In this document: one piece after another, positions 29,182 through 38,626 of the stretch
How the letters are laid out: the number at the start of each line of letters is the position of its first letter
How positions within the stretch are numbered: position 1 is the stretch's first letter
From: an uncultured Aminicenantes bacterium
GTDB lineage: Bacteria; Acidobacteriota; Aminicenantia; UBA2199
DNA: 64,000 bases
Reading direction: 5' to 3'
Assembly: GCA_965195285.1 (NCBI GenBank)
Contig: CBDAFS010000040.1
Coordinates: forward strand, 32,791 to 96,790
Program-made: the position numbers and the translations under genes
Notes under the pieces: model-generated
What the model was told of the DNA's origin: nothing
The model's input: the letters and a program-made list of their open reading frames with translations, nothing else
The model's database searches: none

Positions 29182-30159
29182 CTAGGCCTCACATAATATT
29201 TCTTTAAGCCGGGATATACTTATTTTTCGACCGCTTAAAATCAAAACAACATTCTTTTTTTCAAACCTGGCCGGGTCCTTTAAAAAGACCGCAACCGTCA
29301 GCGCACCGGCCCCTTCAACCAGCATATGGTGCCTTTCCAGAATGAGCCGGAGGGCCTCTTTTATTTCATTTTCTGAAACCAGAACCATATCGTCGATCAA
29401 TCGCTGACAGAGATTAAAGGTAATGGCACCGGGTTCGATTCCCCCGGCCGTACCATCGGAAATGGTCGGTTTCGAATCCATGCTGATGATTTTTCCTGCC
29501 TTGATTGATTCAAACATGACCGCTGAGTTTTCAGGCTGGCAACCGATGGTCTCAATATGCTTATCGATCGATTTCAGATAACCGGCTATCCCTGAAATCA
29601 ATCCGCCGCCGCCCACCGGCACCAGAACCGTATCAATTTTCCTGCCCGGGTATAGGACATCCATCTGGTACTTGATCTCGACCCCTACGGTTCCCTGACC
29701 GTCAATGATATGGAGATCATTATAAGGGGATATGAAAACTTCACCTCGCTTGGCTGCGCTATCTCTGGCAAAACACTCTGCCTGCACACAATCGTTGCCG
29801 TAAAATTCAACCTCGGTTCCCCAGTAACACAATGCGTCCACTTTGGCCGGGGAGGCATTCTCAGGAAGGATGATTCGGCCCCGGGCGCCAAAAATTTTGG
29901 TTAAATAGGCAAAGGCATTCCCATGATTTCCCGAGGATGCGGTGACCAGGCCGCGCCTCAATTCAGAGGCCTTCAATGAGAGCAATTTGTTTGCAGCTCC
30001 CCGCAGCTTGAAAGATCCGGTTGTTTGAAAATTTTCACATTTGAGACAAACGTTGCAATGGCCTAATTCTCCCAGATAGGGCGAGGGTTCCAGGGGAGTT
30101 TCTCTGACATATCGACTGATTTTTTTTTGGGCGTTCAAAACTGCTTTTTTTTGGTCCAT
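29182..30159 (-). CDS. Threonine/serine dehydratase (PLP-dependent)
   Basis: KCENFQTTGSFKLRGA, SSGNHG and VGGGGLISG motifs. Confidence 0.92.
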   Translation of the reverse strand: MDQKKAVLNAQKKISRYVRETPLEPSPYLGELGHCNVCLKCENFQTTGSFKLRGAANKLLSLKASELRRGLVTASSGNHGNAFAYLTKIFGARGRIILPENASPAKVDALCYWGTEVEFYGNDCVQAECFARDSAAKRGEVFISPYNDLHIIDGQGTVGVEIKYQMDVLYPGRKIDTVLVPVGGGGLISGIAGYLKSIDKHIETIGCQPENSAVMFESIKAGKIISMDSKPTISDGTAGGIEPGAITFNLCQRLIDDMVLVSENEIKEALRLILERHHMLVEGAGALTVAVFLKDPARFEKKNVVLILSGRKISISRLKEILCEA

Positions 30160-30194
30160 TATTTCAAACCTGTAAATTTTCTAATTCAAAGACC

Positions 30195-31778
30195 TCATTC
30201 CGGATCACAAATCTCCACAATGGCCGGACGGCTTTCCTCTCCGGTACTTTTGATTGCAACCACCGCATAAACATACTTATTCCCTTTATCCACACCCCGG
30301 TGAAAAAATTCATGATCATTCAGGTCAAGATCATGAAGCCAGGTAAAGCCCTCCTGTCGGAGCAGATAGATACGGTAGCCATAGACTTCTTTTCCCTCAT
30401 TCAGGGGATTGATATCCCAGTTTAAAACATTAATATATTCGGTCATCAATAACGATTGATTCTCCTGCATACTTCCATTCAAATGCAACGGGGGATATAT
30501 ATCCCTTTCTCCGGATAACATGACCATCAGGGGATCTCCCAAAACCGTCATGCCATAATGCCAGAACACATCATAAATATCATAAGGGGCTATTCTTTCA
30601 AACCACTCTTTCAATGCGGTTCCCACCGGATTCCGGGCGCCTAATGATTGATAAAAAAACCGGAATTCCAGCATTGAACCTGTTTTCGTACTTCCTACCA
30701 CCGAAAGGGCTTTCCGCCCCTGGTTGAAGATATAACTGGTGCCCAGACAATTGTAATCGGTATAACGCAGGGCACTGCAACAAAAAAGATTATAACTCAA
30801 ACCCAGCGGGGGGGCATTTCTGATCTGATTGCTGGTGAGCAGCCCGTTTCGAACAAAATGATGAGCACTCGAACTCGAATGGCAGGCCAGCTGAATATAT
30901 TCATATTTTACATTTTTCAATCGGTTGTCCAGATAATCATTTCGATCCGTAGCCGGGGCAGAAATAGCCTCATAATTATTGGCATAGAGATATGAAATAT
31001 CATTCAGCATATCACCGTATATACTCCAATCATCTTCCGTATAGGTCAACCCATACTGATGCACATAGATATTTCCGCTCCAATATTCATGGTTCTTATC
31101 AAAATAGCGGTTCAGGATCTCAATTTCATCCCCCTCCATCCGGGACCCGTCAATCCGGCCGATAAAAATCTCCGGCATCCGATCCCCGCCTCCATCCTGG
31201 TGAAGATCAAATCTTTCGTTCCCATCCGTATCCCGCCACTGTCCGTCAAGGTCCATAAAAAACAAATCACAGGGGAATTCTGCATATCCGTATTCATAAA
31301 AATCATCCTCTATCTCATACCATGCAACCGGAAAATCCCCGATAAAAACACATCCGCTCAGATTCTGCTTTCTGGAAATGATAAAAGATCTCAAATTCAC
31401 CGGGGTTCCCCCTGAATACTCAACCAAGGCCACTTCATAGCCCTGATGATTGAGATCCATACCATAACGGAGTATCTTCTCATGAAGCCCTGAAAAAACC
31501 CGGGGATTCACCAGAATCAATACCTTTTTGGTTTCCGTCGGCAGGTTCATATACCGGTTCAATGCCGGGCGTAGAACCTGCAATTCCTTTACCCGCACCG
31601 GTTTGTTCGCCTGACCGGCCAAATACTCCTCATAGGTCCCGGGCCTCCCGGGTCCCATCCATTTCAGCAGGGGAATACCCGCCTTATCAACTGCAGTAGA
31701 GGACAGTAAAATGCCTTCAATAAAAATAACCAGGAGTAAAAACCAGGGTAGTTTAAAAAGCTTTTTCAGTCGATTCAT
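30195..31778 (-). CDS. Secreted peptidase C25 (gingipain)-like protein with a C-terminal FN3-like domain
   Basis: VFIGDFP, PEIFIGRI, ACHS (His), LFCCS (Cys) and VLGDP motifs. ATG 31778 follows GAGG. Confidence 0.75.
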   Translation of the reverse strand: MNRLKKLFKLPWFLLLVIFIEGILLSSTAVDKAGIPLLKWMGPGRPGTYEEYLAGQANKPVRVKELQVLRPALNRYMNLPTETKKVLILVNPRVFSGLHEKILRYGMDLNHQGYEVALVEYSGGTPVNLRSFIISRKQNLSGCVFIGDFPVAWYEIEDDFYEYGYAEFPCDLFFMDLDGQWRDTDGNERFDLHQDGGGDRMPEIFIGRIDGSRMEGDEIEILNRYFDKNHEYWSGNIYVHQYGLTYTEDDWSIYGDMLNDISYLYANNYEAISAPATDRNDYLDNRLKNVKYEYIQLACHSSSSAHHFVRNGLLTSNQIRNAPPLGLSYNLFCCSALRYTDYNCLGTSYIFNQGRKALSVVGSTKTGSMLEFRFFYQSLGARNPVGTALKEWFERIAPYDIYDVFWHYGMTVLGDPLMVMLSGERDIYPPLHLNGSMQENQSLLMTEYINVLNWDINPLNEGKEVYGYRIYLLRQEGFTWLHDLDLNDHEFFHRGVDKGNKYVYAVVAIKSTGEESRPAIVEICDPE

Positions 31779-31973
31779 TGAATCCTCTCGGGATCTTGTA
31801 ACTGAAAGAAATAAAAATACTCTGAAGCCTAAAACCAGATTATAACAATTTACCCACAATTTTCATAGCACTTTAAGATGAGAATTGTCATTTTAATGGC
31901 GGTTTTTATTTAAAATATTCAGGTCAAACTGATATAATTGAATCAACCCAGATGGATTGTTCGAGGAGGAAAT

Positions 31974-33011
31974 ATGGGATATAAAGGAATTTCTGATTTT
32001 AGAAGCGATACGGTAACCAGGCCCACTGAAGCCATGAGAAAGGCCATGTACAATGCCGAGGTGGGAGACGATGTCCATGGAGATGATCCAAGCGCGATTG
32101 AACTCGAAGCCCGGGCAGCCAAAAAGCTCGGAAAAGAAGCCGCTCTCTTTGTTCCCTCCGGAACCATGGGCAATACCATTGCCATGATTTTAGCTGTAGG
32201 AGAAGGGAAAGTTGTCATCATGGAGGAGAAATGTCATATTTTCAATTTCGAATCCGGCAATGTCTCACGACTGGCCAAGAGTCTTCCCAGGGTTTTACCA
32301 TCCGACCGGGGTAAAATCCCGCTGGATCTGCTGGAGGCCAATATCCCGGGTGACGCTCTCAGGGAACACATCCCGGAAACCCGGGCTATTGCCCTGGAAA
32401 ACACCCATAATATCTGGGGAGGCGCAGTCCTGGATATTGATTATATGAAAAGTGTTTATGCCCTGGCCCGGCAACACCGGCTACACCTGCATCTTGATGG
32501 AGCCCGAATCTTCAATGCCGCTACCACCCTGAAAGTAGAGGCCAGAGAGATTGCCCGGTACTGTGATTCGGTTATGTTCTGCCTATCCAAAGGACTGGCT
32601 GCACCGATAGGTTCTATTTTAGCCGGATCCGGGGATTTTATCAGCGAGGCCCGGAAAATCCGGAAATATCTGGGAGGAGGCATGCGTCAGGTGGGCATCA
32701 TCGCCGCCGCCGGCCTGGTGGCTATAGAACAGATGATTTCCCGCCTTGAAGAGGATCATATAAGAGCAAAGAAGTTAGCCGAGTCAATTTCTGATATCCA
32801 TGATATTGAGGTTCATCCGGAACAAACCGTAACCAATTTCGTCATGATCAGGATCAAAACCATGGATTCCATGACTTTTTTAAATAAATGTAGTCAGGAA
32901 AAGGTTCTGGCCCTGCCCTATACCGATAACCTGGTCAGATTTGTCACCCATAAGGACATTGACGATCAGGATATTGATACCGCCATCAGAACCATTCAGG
33001 ATATTTTTTAG
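31974..33011 (+). CDS. ltaE: Low-specificity L-threonine aldolase
   Basis: DFRSDTVT, SGTMGN, LENTHN, HLDGARIFNA and CLSKGL motifs. Confidence 0.94.
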   Translation: MGYKGISDFRSDTVTRPTEAMRKAMYNAEVGDDVHGDDPSAIELEARAAKKLGKEAALFVPSGTMGNTIAMILAVGEGKVVIMEEKCHIFNFESGNVSRLAKSLPRVLPSDRGKIPLDLLEANIPGDALREHIPETRAIALENTHNIWGGAVLDIDYMKSVYALARQHRLHLHLDGARIFNAATTLKVEAREIARYCDSVMFCLSKGLAAPIGSILAGSGDFISEARKIRKYLGGGMRQVGIIAAAGLVAIEQMISRLEEDHIRAKKLAESISDIHDIEVHPEQTVTNFVMIRIKTMDSMTFLNKCSQEKVLALPYTDNLVRFVTHKDIDDQDIDTAIRTIQDIF

Positions 33012-33053
33012 TTCGGCATTTCCAATTCAACAAATCCTTAATAACATTGGATT

Positions 33054-33093
33054 TTAACCGAATCTTAATCGTTTATTCATTATAAATTCATAT
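33054..33093 (+). promoter_or_regulatory. Putative Pho box upstream of phoB
   Basis: TTAACCG, TTAATCG, TTCATTA and TTCATAT at exact 11-bp spacing. Confidence 0.6.
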
Positions 33094-33166
33094 TATTCAA
33101 TACAATATAGATTAAGGGAATAATGAAGTGTTTGACTAAAAAATACAAATTTGATATTAAAACAGC

Positions 33167-33889
33167 ATGACCGGTAACAAGACCAACAAGCCCGATATAT
33201 CAAAAAAACCTTTGGTGGCGGTTATCGATGATGAAAACGACATTCTGGAACTGGTTTCCATTAATCTGGAGAAAGGCGGATTCAGCAAGGAAACATTTTT
33301 GGCTGCTCAGCCATTTTTTAATTTCTTAAAAACCAACACACCTGATCTGATTATACTGGATCTCATGCTTCCCGATATACAAGGGCTGGAGGTCTGCAAA
33401 ATATTGAAACAAAATTCCGAATGGCGTCAGATTCCCATACTCATGTTAACCGCCCTCGGTGATGAAACCGATGTGGTACTGGGTCTTGAATTGGGGGCTG
33501 ACGACTACATGGTTAAACCTTTCTCAGTCAAAGAATTACTTGCCCGGGTAAAAGCCATACTCAGAAGAAATGAAGACCCGGGATCACCGAAAACCAACAA
33601 AATCATCATCAATGACATTTTAAGCATTGATGCCGATCGCCATGAAGTTTTTGTCAGAGATAAACAGGTTTTGCTGACTAAAACCGAGTTTACCATATTA
33701 ACCGCCCTGGCTAAAAAAATCGGCTGGGTCTACTCCAGAGAAAAATTAATGACACTCCTGTGGGGAGATGAAAAGTTTATCATCGACAGAACCATAGATG
33801 TTCATATCAAAAACCTGCGGGATAAGCTGGAGGATGCAGGTTCATGGATCAAGAGCATCAGGGGAGTAGGGTATAAACTGGAACCGTGA
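33167..33889 (+). CDS. phoB: OmpR-family response regulator (PhoB/PhoP)
   Basis: LDLMLP, GADDYMVKPF, RTIDVHIKNLR and IRGVGY motifs; pho gene context. Confidence 0.88.
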   Translation: MTGNKTNKPDISKKPLVAVIDDENDILELVSINLEKGGFSKETFLAAQPFFNFLKTNTPDLIILDLMLPDIQGLEVCKILKQNSEWRQIPILMLTALGDETDVVLGLELGADDYMVKPFSVKELLARVKAILRRNEDPGSPKTNKIIINDILSIDADRHEVFVRDKQVLLTKTEFTILTALAKKIGWVYSREKLMTLLWGDEKFIIDRTIDVHIKNLRDKLEDAGSWIKSIRGVGYKLEP

Positions 33890-35610
33890 AGAAATCCATT
33901 TTTTTCAAATCCTTCTGGTGGTTTTTACTCATCACCATTGTGGTTTCACTGATCATTGTTTTCTATTCCGTCAATGTGATCAAGAAATGGAACGAGCAAA
34001 CCCTCACTGAAGAACTTCATAAAATCGCCCTGTCGTTAAAGCCCTCCATCCAGCAGTACATTTATCAACAGAACGACCAACTGGATCTTTTTATAAAAAA
34101 TTCGGGACATGACCTTGAAGTCCGGATTACGGTTATTGCACCGGACGGAAAGGTAATGGCGGATTCACTGTCAGATCCGGAATCCATGGAAAACCACAGC
34201 GACAGACCTGAAATCATCAAAGCCCTTCAGGGATTGAAGTTCAAGAATTTTCGATTCAGCTCAACCTTGAGATCCAATATGCTCTATCTGGCCATCCCTC
34301 TGAAGCAGGAGGATACCATTGTTGGTGTATTGAGGACCAGTATGTTTGTTCAGGATATCAGATCACTCAGCCGGAATATCCGAAACCAAATTTTCGGTAT
34401 GGCTGCCATCATGCTACTACTCTCGTTAGTCGTTATATTCCTGGTGTCAAAATCAATTTCCACACCCATAAGCAAAATAGTGGAAGCATCCAGAAAGGTA
34501 TCGCAGGGAGATTATAATGTCCGGGTTTTCAGCAAGGACAAAGGGGAAATCGGAGAACTGACCCAGAGCTTTAACGAGATGGTGAAGCGTCAACAGCAAT
34601 TATTCACCAAAATTTCCAATAGCCGGGAGGAACTTCAAACCATTGTCGGTTCCATCAAGGAAGGATTGCTGGTTGTGGATCAGGAAGGAAAAATCCTGTT
34701 AACCAATAAAAGTTTCGATCAAATAACAGGAACCACACACCCCGAAGGTAAAAAATACTGGGAAGTCTGCCGGAATACTGATTTTTATGATTTTATGCAG
34801 AAATCCATCGTGGAAAAAACCAATACCACCGGACAGCTTGAGATCAATGGCAAAACCTACATAACCAGTTTTAACTTTTTGATTTCACTTCAAAGAGTGG
34901 TCATCACCTTTCATGATATATCTGAAATTAAGCAGCTTGAAACCATAAAGAGAGACTTTATCACCAATGTTTCTCATGAACTGAAAACACCCCTTACCTC
35001 TATAAAGGGATTTGTGGAAACACTGGAAGCGGAGAGCAGTGAAAACAACCAGAAATACCTGACCATAATAAAAAGAAATACCGACCGATTGATCAATATT
35101 GTTAATGACCTGCTGCTGTTAACCCGCCTTGAGGATAAGGTTTTAAGCAAGGAGAAACAGAACGTTAATATCAAGCATTTATTGGATTCCATTATACCTC
35201 TTTTTGAACCCATGCTAAAAAAGAAAAATCTGGATTTCACTCTTAACGCTGCTGAAGGACTGCCTTCCATACAGGGAGATGCCTTCAAATTAGAAGATAT
35301 GTTTGTCAACCTGCTGGATAATGCCATCAAGTATACCGAAAAGGGCGGTATTACCATCCGGCTTTCAACAGAAGAGCAGTGGCTTCGCTGTGATATCAAG
35401 GACACCGGAATAGGCATCCCGGGAAAACATCTTGACCGAATCTTCGAACGGTTCTTTGTCCTGGATCCCTCACGGTCAAAAACAACCGGTGGTACCGGGC
35501 TCGGTCTTTCCATTGTCAAGCACATTGTCCTGATGCATAAGGGAACCATTGAAGTCAGCAGTACGGTCAATAAAGGAACCACCTTTACCATTCGTTTGCC
35601 GATATCCTGA
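33886..35610 (+). CDS. phoR: Phosphate sensor histidine kinase (HAMP-PAS-HisKA-HATPase)
   Basis: MENHSDRPEI, NVSHELKTPLTSIKG, NLLDNAIKY and GGTGLGL motifs. Confidence 0.92.
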   Translation: MKKSIFFKSFWWFLLITIVVSLIIVFYSVNVIKKWNEQTLTEELHKIALSLKPSIQQYIYQQNDQLDLFIKNSGHDLEVRITVIAPDGKVMADSLSDPESMENHSDRPEIIKALQGLKFKNFRFSSTLRSNMLYLAIPLKQEDTIVGVLRTSMFVQDIRSLSRNIRNQIFGMAAIMLLLSLVVIFLVSKSISTPISKIVEASRKVSQGDYNVRVFSKDKGEIGELTQSFNEMVKRQQQLFTKISNSREELQTIVGSIKEGLLVVDQEGKILLTNKSFDQITGTTHPEGKKYWEVCRNTDFYDFMQKSIVEKTNTTGQLEINGKTYITSFNFLISLQRVVITFHDISEIKQLETIKRDFITNVSHELKTPLTSIKGFVETLEAESSENNQKYLTIIKRNTDRLINIVNDLLLLTRLEDKVLSKEKQNVNIKHLLDSIIPLFEPMLKKKNLDFTLNAAEGLPSIQGDAFKLEDMFVNLLDNAIKYTEKGGITIRLSTEEQWLRCDIKDTGIGIPGKHLDRIFERFFVLDPSRSKTTGGTGLGLSIVKHIVLMHKGTIEVSSTVNKGTTFTIRLPIS

Positions 35611-35697
35611 CATCGGTTTAAAAAGTATGAAAACTCAGTTAAAAACAAAGTATACCAAGAAAAATCAAGATTATTATTCGGAATCGAACCATTCAAA

Positions 35698-35737
35698 TTA
35701 ACCAAGAATTAACACAATTTTTATTCTCAATTAATAA
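35698..35737 (+). promoter_or_regulatory. Putative Pho box upstream of the porin
   Basis: TTAACCA, TTAACAC, TTTATTC and TTAATAA at 11-bp spacing. Confidence 0.7.
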
Positions 35738-35777
35738 TTATGCAATAAACTACCACCATACCAAATCAGGAGGTAAA

Positions 35778-36827
35778 ATGATTAAAAATCTTAGAAAATT
35801 TGTTCTGTCTTTATTGCTCATTGTCTGGACACTGTCGAATGTCGCCTACGCCGAAGAAAGCACAACCAGTGGTAAAATTCACGGGTATGCCATTCCCGAG
35901 TATTACTATGTCGGAGGCCATCACACCGATGGTGCTGAAGAAGGAGACATCACCGGACAGCATGGTTTCTGGTTCAGAAGGGTGTACCTGGGGTACGACT
36001 TCAAATTCGATGGCTACACCTTCCGGGTAAGATTAGAAGGCAACAGCCCTGCTTTTGAAGAGAGTACGGTGGGTCCCTTTGTAAAAGATCTCTACCTAAA
36101 GAAAAAAATCGGAGATAGCAACACCCTGCAGTTAGGAATCTATTCTCCCCCCAGCTTTGATAAGATCGAAAAATTCTGGGGATATCGCCACATCGAAAAA
36201 ACCGCTCTCGATCTCTTCAAGCTGGTTTCCTCCCGCGACACCGGTATTGGGATTAGTGGTGGAAAAAATTTCATCTATACCATCATGTATGCCAATTTCG
36301 GTTCCAATAAAGGAGAGGATAACGAGGGCAAGGGTTTCTTCGGTCGTCTTGGTTACAAAACCGATACCCTCTATCTGGAGGCCAATGGTTTCATTGCTGC
36401 CGATGGTTCCAAAGATTATACCCTGTTCCAGGGTTTTGCCGGAATCAAGGGTAAGTGGGGTAATGTTGGCCTTAATTACGCCTACAAGAACCAGGCTGAA
36501 AAAGAAAAAGATGACAAAAACACCAGTTTGATTTCAGCCTTCGGTCACGTCAAAATCAGTAAAAAAACCACTATCGTACTCCGCTACGACCATTTCCTGG
36601 ATGTAAACCTCAAAGAAGCCACCGGTTATATTCCCTTTGCATCCACCATTGCTCCTGCCCGTTTTCTAATCGCCGGGATCGATATCAAGATCAACAAATG
36701 GTTTCAATTCGGTCCCAACATCAAGTATGCTTTTTACGGCGATCCTGTCGAAGCCGGTGTTGAAAAACCGGGTTCTGATTTTTATATCAACCTGACCGGA
36801 AAAATCAAGTTCGAAAGCAAGTTATAA
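35778..36827 (+). CDS. Outer-membrane porin, probably phosphate-selective (OprO/P-like)
   Basis: Signal peptide, FWFRRVYLGY, SSRDTG, amphipathic beta strands; Pho box and phoBR context. Confidence 0.72.
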   Translation: MIKNLRKFVLSLLLIVWTLSNVAYAEESTTSGKIHGYAIPEYYYVGGHHTDGAEEGDITGQHGFWFRRVYLGYDFKFDGYTFRVRLEGNSPAFEESTVGPFVKDLYLKKKIGDSNTLQLGIYSPPSFDKIEKFWGYRHIEKTALDLFKLVSSRDTGIGISGGKNFIYTIMYANFGSNKGEDNEGKGFFGRLGYKTDTLYLEANGFIAADGSKDYTLFQGFAGIKGKWGNVGLNYAYKNQAEKEKDDKNTSLISAFGHVKISKKTTIVLRYDHFLDVNLKEATGYIPFASTIAPARFLIAGIDIKINKWFQFGPNIKYAFYGDPVEAGVEKPGSDFYINLTGKIKFESKL

Positions 36828-36845
36828 TCATTCCGAATAAGTAAC

Positions 36846-36878
36846 AAAAAGGGAGGATGCTTTCATCCTCCCTTTTTT
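36846..36878. terminator. Bidirectional rho-independent terminator
   Basis: AAAAAGGGAGGATG-CTTT-CATCCTCCCTTTTTT. Confidence 0.9.
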
Positions 36879-36904
36879 ATTATTCAATTTCTTCCCCTAT
36901 TAGC

Positions 36905-37003
36905 TTATTTGGCCTTCATTGGCGCCTTAAACACATTGGTCGAAAGCCATTCAATCAGGATTCCATACCCGATACCAGCAGTAGTATACAGGAAGAACCC
37001 CAG
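36905..37003 (-). pseudogene. Possible 3' fragment of a membrane-protein gene
   Basis: Startless frame LGFFLYTTAGIGYGILIEWLSTNVFKAPMKAK* directly after the DUF2179 stop. Confidence 0.3.
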
Positions 37004-37004
37004 G

Positions 37005-37604
37005 CTATTTCGCCTTTCTAGCTCCAATCAGTGCAGAGAGTCTTGGTCGCCACCGATTATCAGTAGAAGAGAAGATACCCCCAGAAACGAAGCGGATATC
37101 CTCGACTGTGTAGAATGCTCGGGGATTAAAGCGTCTGATATGGTTAGTCACGAAAGGCAATTGGGAACGCCTGATTACGGTAAATAGCAAATGCACTGGG
37201 CCACTAGAACCCTCTGCATTGACCACGGTGACACTAAAGTTCTCGTTTCTCAGGAAGACGATCAACTTTGAGGCATCGCGATGTGTAATCACTTGGACTA
37301 AAACCTTACCCATGGCAAGTTTCTGCTCAAGGGTAATACCAATGTAGTTGCCTATGGCAAAGCCAAGTGCGTAGGCGAAATAGTTCGCAACATTGGTTAG
37401 ATTCTGCATGACCTGGCCAATTGCAAGCAACCAAAGCATGATTTCGAAGAATCCGAGGATTGGAGCAACTACTTTCATACTCCTGGAAACAAAAATGATG
37501 CGCAACGTGCCTAAGGACACATCGATAATTCTTGCAAGACAGATGAGAAGTGGAACAATCGCCCAGGTGAAGACGGGAGAGTGTACAAAATCGTGCATGA
37601 TCAT
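37005..37604 (-). CDS. DUF2179/UPF0316 family membrane protein
   Basis: ARIIDVSLGTLRII, GFFE, YALGFAIGNYIG and NPRAFYTVED motifs. Confidence 0.9.
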   Translation of the reverse strand: MIMHDFVHSPVFTWAIVPLLICLARIIDVSLGTLRIIFVSRSMKVVAPILGFFEIMLWLLAIGQVMQNLTNVANYFAYALGFAIGNYIGITLEQKLAMGKVLVQVITHRDASKLIVFLRNENFSVTVVNAEGSSGPVHLLFTVIRRSQLPFVTNHIRRFNPRAFYTVEDIRFVSGGIFSSTDNRWRPRLSALIGARKAK

Positions 37605-37625
37605 TTCCGCCTATAAATTGAGGTC

Positions 37626-37691
37626 TAACTATTAATAAACATCAATATATATTTTATTAAAATAAGAGAGAAATATCAAATAAAATTGATT
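37626..37691 (-). repeat. 66-bp direct repeat copy A: promoter + attI-like platform 2
   Basis: 60/66 identical to 38561-38626. Contains TTGATA-N17-TAAAAT and ends TTAATA-G^TTAGAC, a canonical GTTRRRY core. Confidence 0.85.
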
Positions 37692-37739
37692 GTGTACAAA
37701 ATTAAGGACAGATTGTTAATTTATTAATTTTAAGAAAAT

Positions 37740-37772
37740 GCACAGTCCCCCTTTTTGATCCCATTGTTATAC
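37740..37772 (-). mobile_element. Left half of a truncated attC
   Basis: GTATAAC-AATGG-GATCAAAAAGGGGGACTGTG. The R'' contains the racemase stop, and AAAAGTATAAC complements GTTATACTTTT at the cassette start. Confidence 0.65.
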
Positions 37773-38462
37773 TTTTTCAATTGCAATTCTTAATGCCGCT
37801 CGTGCAAGCAGCCGAGTAGAATCCAATGTTGGCAAGGGGCAATCATCTGGATTGACTATTAACGGAATTTCCGTACATCCAAGAATAGCCGCATCACATC
37901 CGCGTTCTTTAAGCTTTTGTATGACTTCATTAAAATATCGTCTGGATTTTTCAGTTAATATACGGTTTACAAGTTCATTAAATATGATCTTATCAATCTG
38001 TTCTCGATCATTTTCACCTGGTATTTCATATGAAATGTCTAATTTGTCCAAAGTCCTTGGATAGACAGGCCCAACCATCAGATATTTTGTTCCCAAGATG
38101 GCAAGTTTTGAAAATCCATTCTTTTGGGCTTCTTCAGCCACCGCTTCAGCAATATGCAGCCAAGGTATAGGCGACTTTTCGGTGACGAATTCAAAGGCTT
38201 GATGGATAGTGTTGTCGGGGCAAATAGCAAATTTTGCTCCTATTTCGAAAACTTTTTTGACCGATGATAACATGAGTTCAGCAACGTCTTTCCAGTTGCC
38301 GGCACGGATATGCACCATGTATTCCCCAAGTGGATGAGTATGCATGCTTATTTCGGGGTGCATGTGTTTACCCATTTGAAGCGGGGCTTCTGCGCATATA
38401 GATCGATAACAGAGGGCTGCCCCTTCTGCACTACATGCTACGATTCCGATATGTTTTGCCAC
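37767..38462 (-). CDS. Aspartate/glutamate racemase family protein (RacX/YgeA-like), cassette-borne
   Basis: ICPDNTIH, IPWLHI and ILGCTEIPL motifs. GTG start follows AAGGAG. Confidence 0.9.
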   Translation of the reverse strand: MAKHIGIVACSAEGAALCYRSICAEAPLQMGKHMHPEISMHTHPLGEYMVHIRAGNWKDVAELMLSSVKKVFEIGAKFAICPDNTIHQAFEFVTEKSPIPWLHIAEAVAEEAQKNGFSKLAILGTKYLMVGPVYPRTLDKLDISYEIPGENDREQIDKIIFNELVNRILTEKSRRYFNEVIQKLKERGCDAAILGCTEIPLIVNPDDCPLPTLDSTRLLARAALRIAIEKV

Positions 38463-38484
38463 AGCAATTCTCCTTTCTTAAAAA

Positions 38485-38563
38485 GTATAACATCGCAAAC
38501 CAACAGCAGTAATTTATCAAAATCGTCTGTGGCGCATTCGCAGTATATCATTTTCACAGTTAA
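38485..38563 (-). mobile_element. Degenerate attC-like remnant or empty mini-cassette ending in core site GTTATAC
   Basis: GCCACAG...CTGTTGG partial stem, then TTTGCGAT-G^TTATAC. Confidence 0.45.
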
Positions 38564-38626
38564 CTATTAATAAACATCGGTATATATTTTATTGAAATAT
38601 GAGAAAAATATCAAAAAAAAATTGAT
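38561..38626 (-). repeat. 66-bp direct repeat copy B: promoter + attI-like platform 3
   Basis: TTGATA-N17-TAAAAT, 21 nt, then G^TTAAC. Identity with copy A stops immediately after GTTA. Confidence 0.85.

Noticed and set aside
34974-35705. 243-aa minus-strand ORF and other long antisense ORFs (e.g. 28358-28990, 11098-11619, 63750-63992)
   Set aside because: They overlap well-supported genes on the opposite strand and show no recognisable motifs.
36880-37004. attC for the DUF2179 cassette
   Set aside because: No GTCTAAC inverse core or palindrome was found downstream, so cassette status rests only on the 5' GTTAGAC junction.
37626-38626. 66-bp repeats read as a CRISPR array or Xer/dif sites
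   Set aside because: There are only two close copies about 935 bp apart with a gene between them, no cas genes, and no TTATGTTAAAT-like XerD arm.
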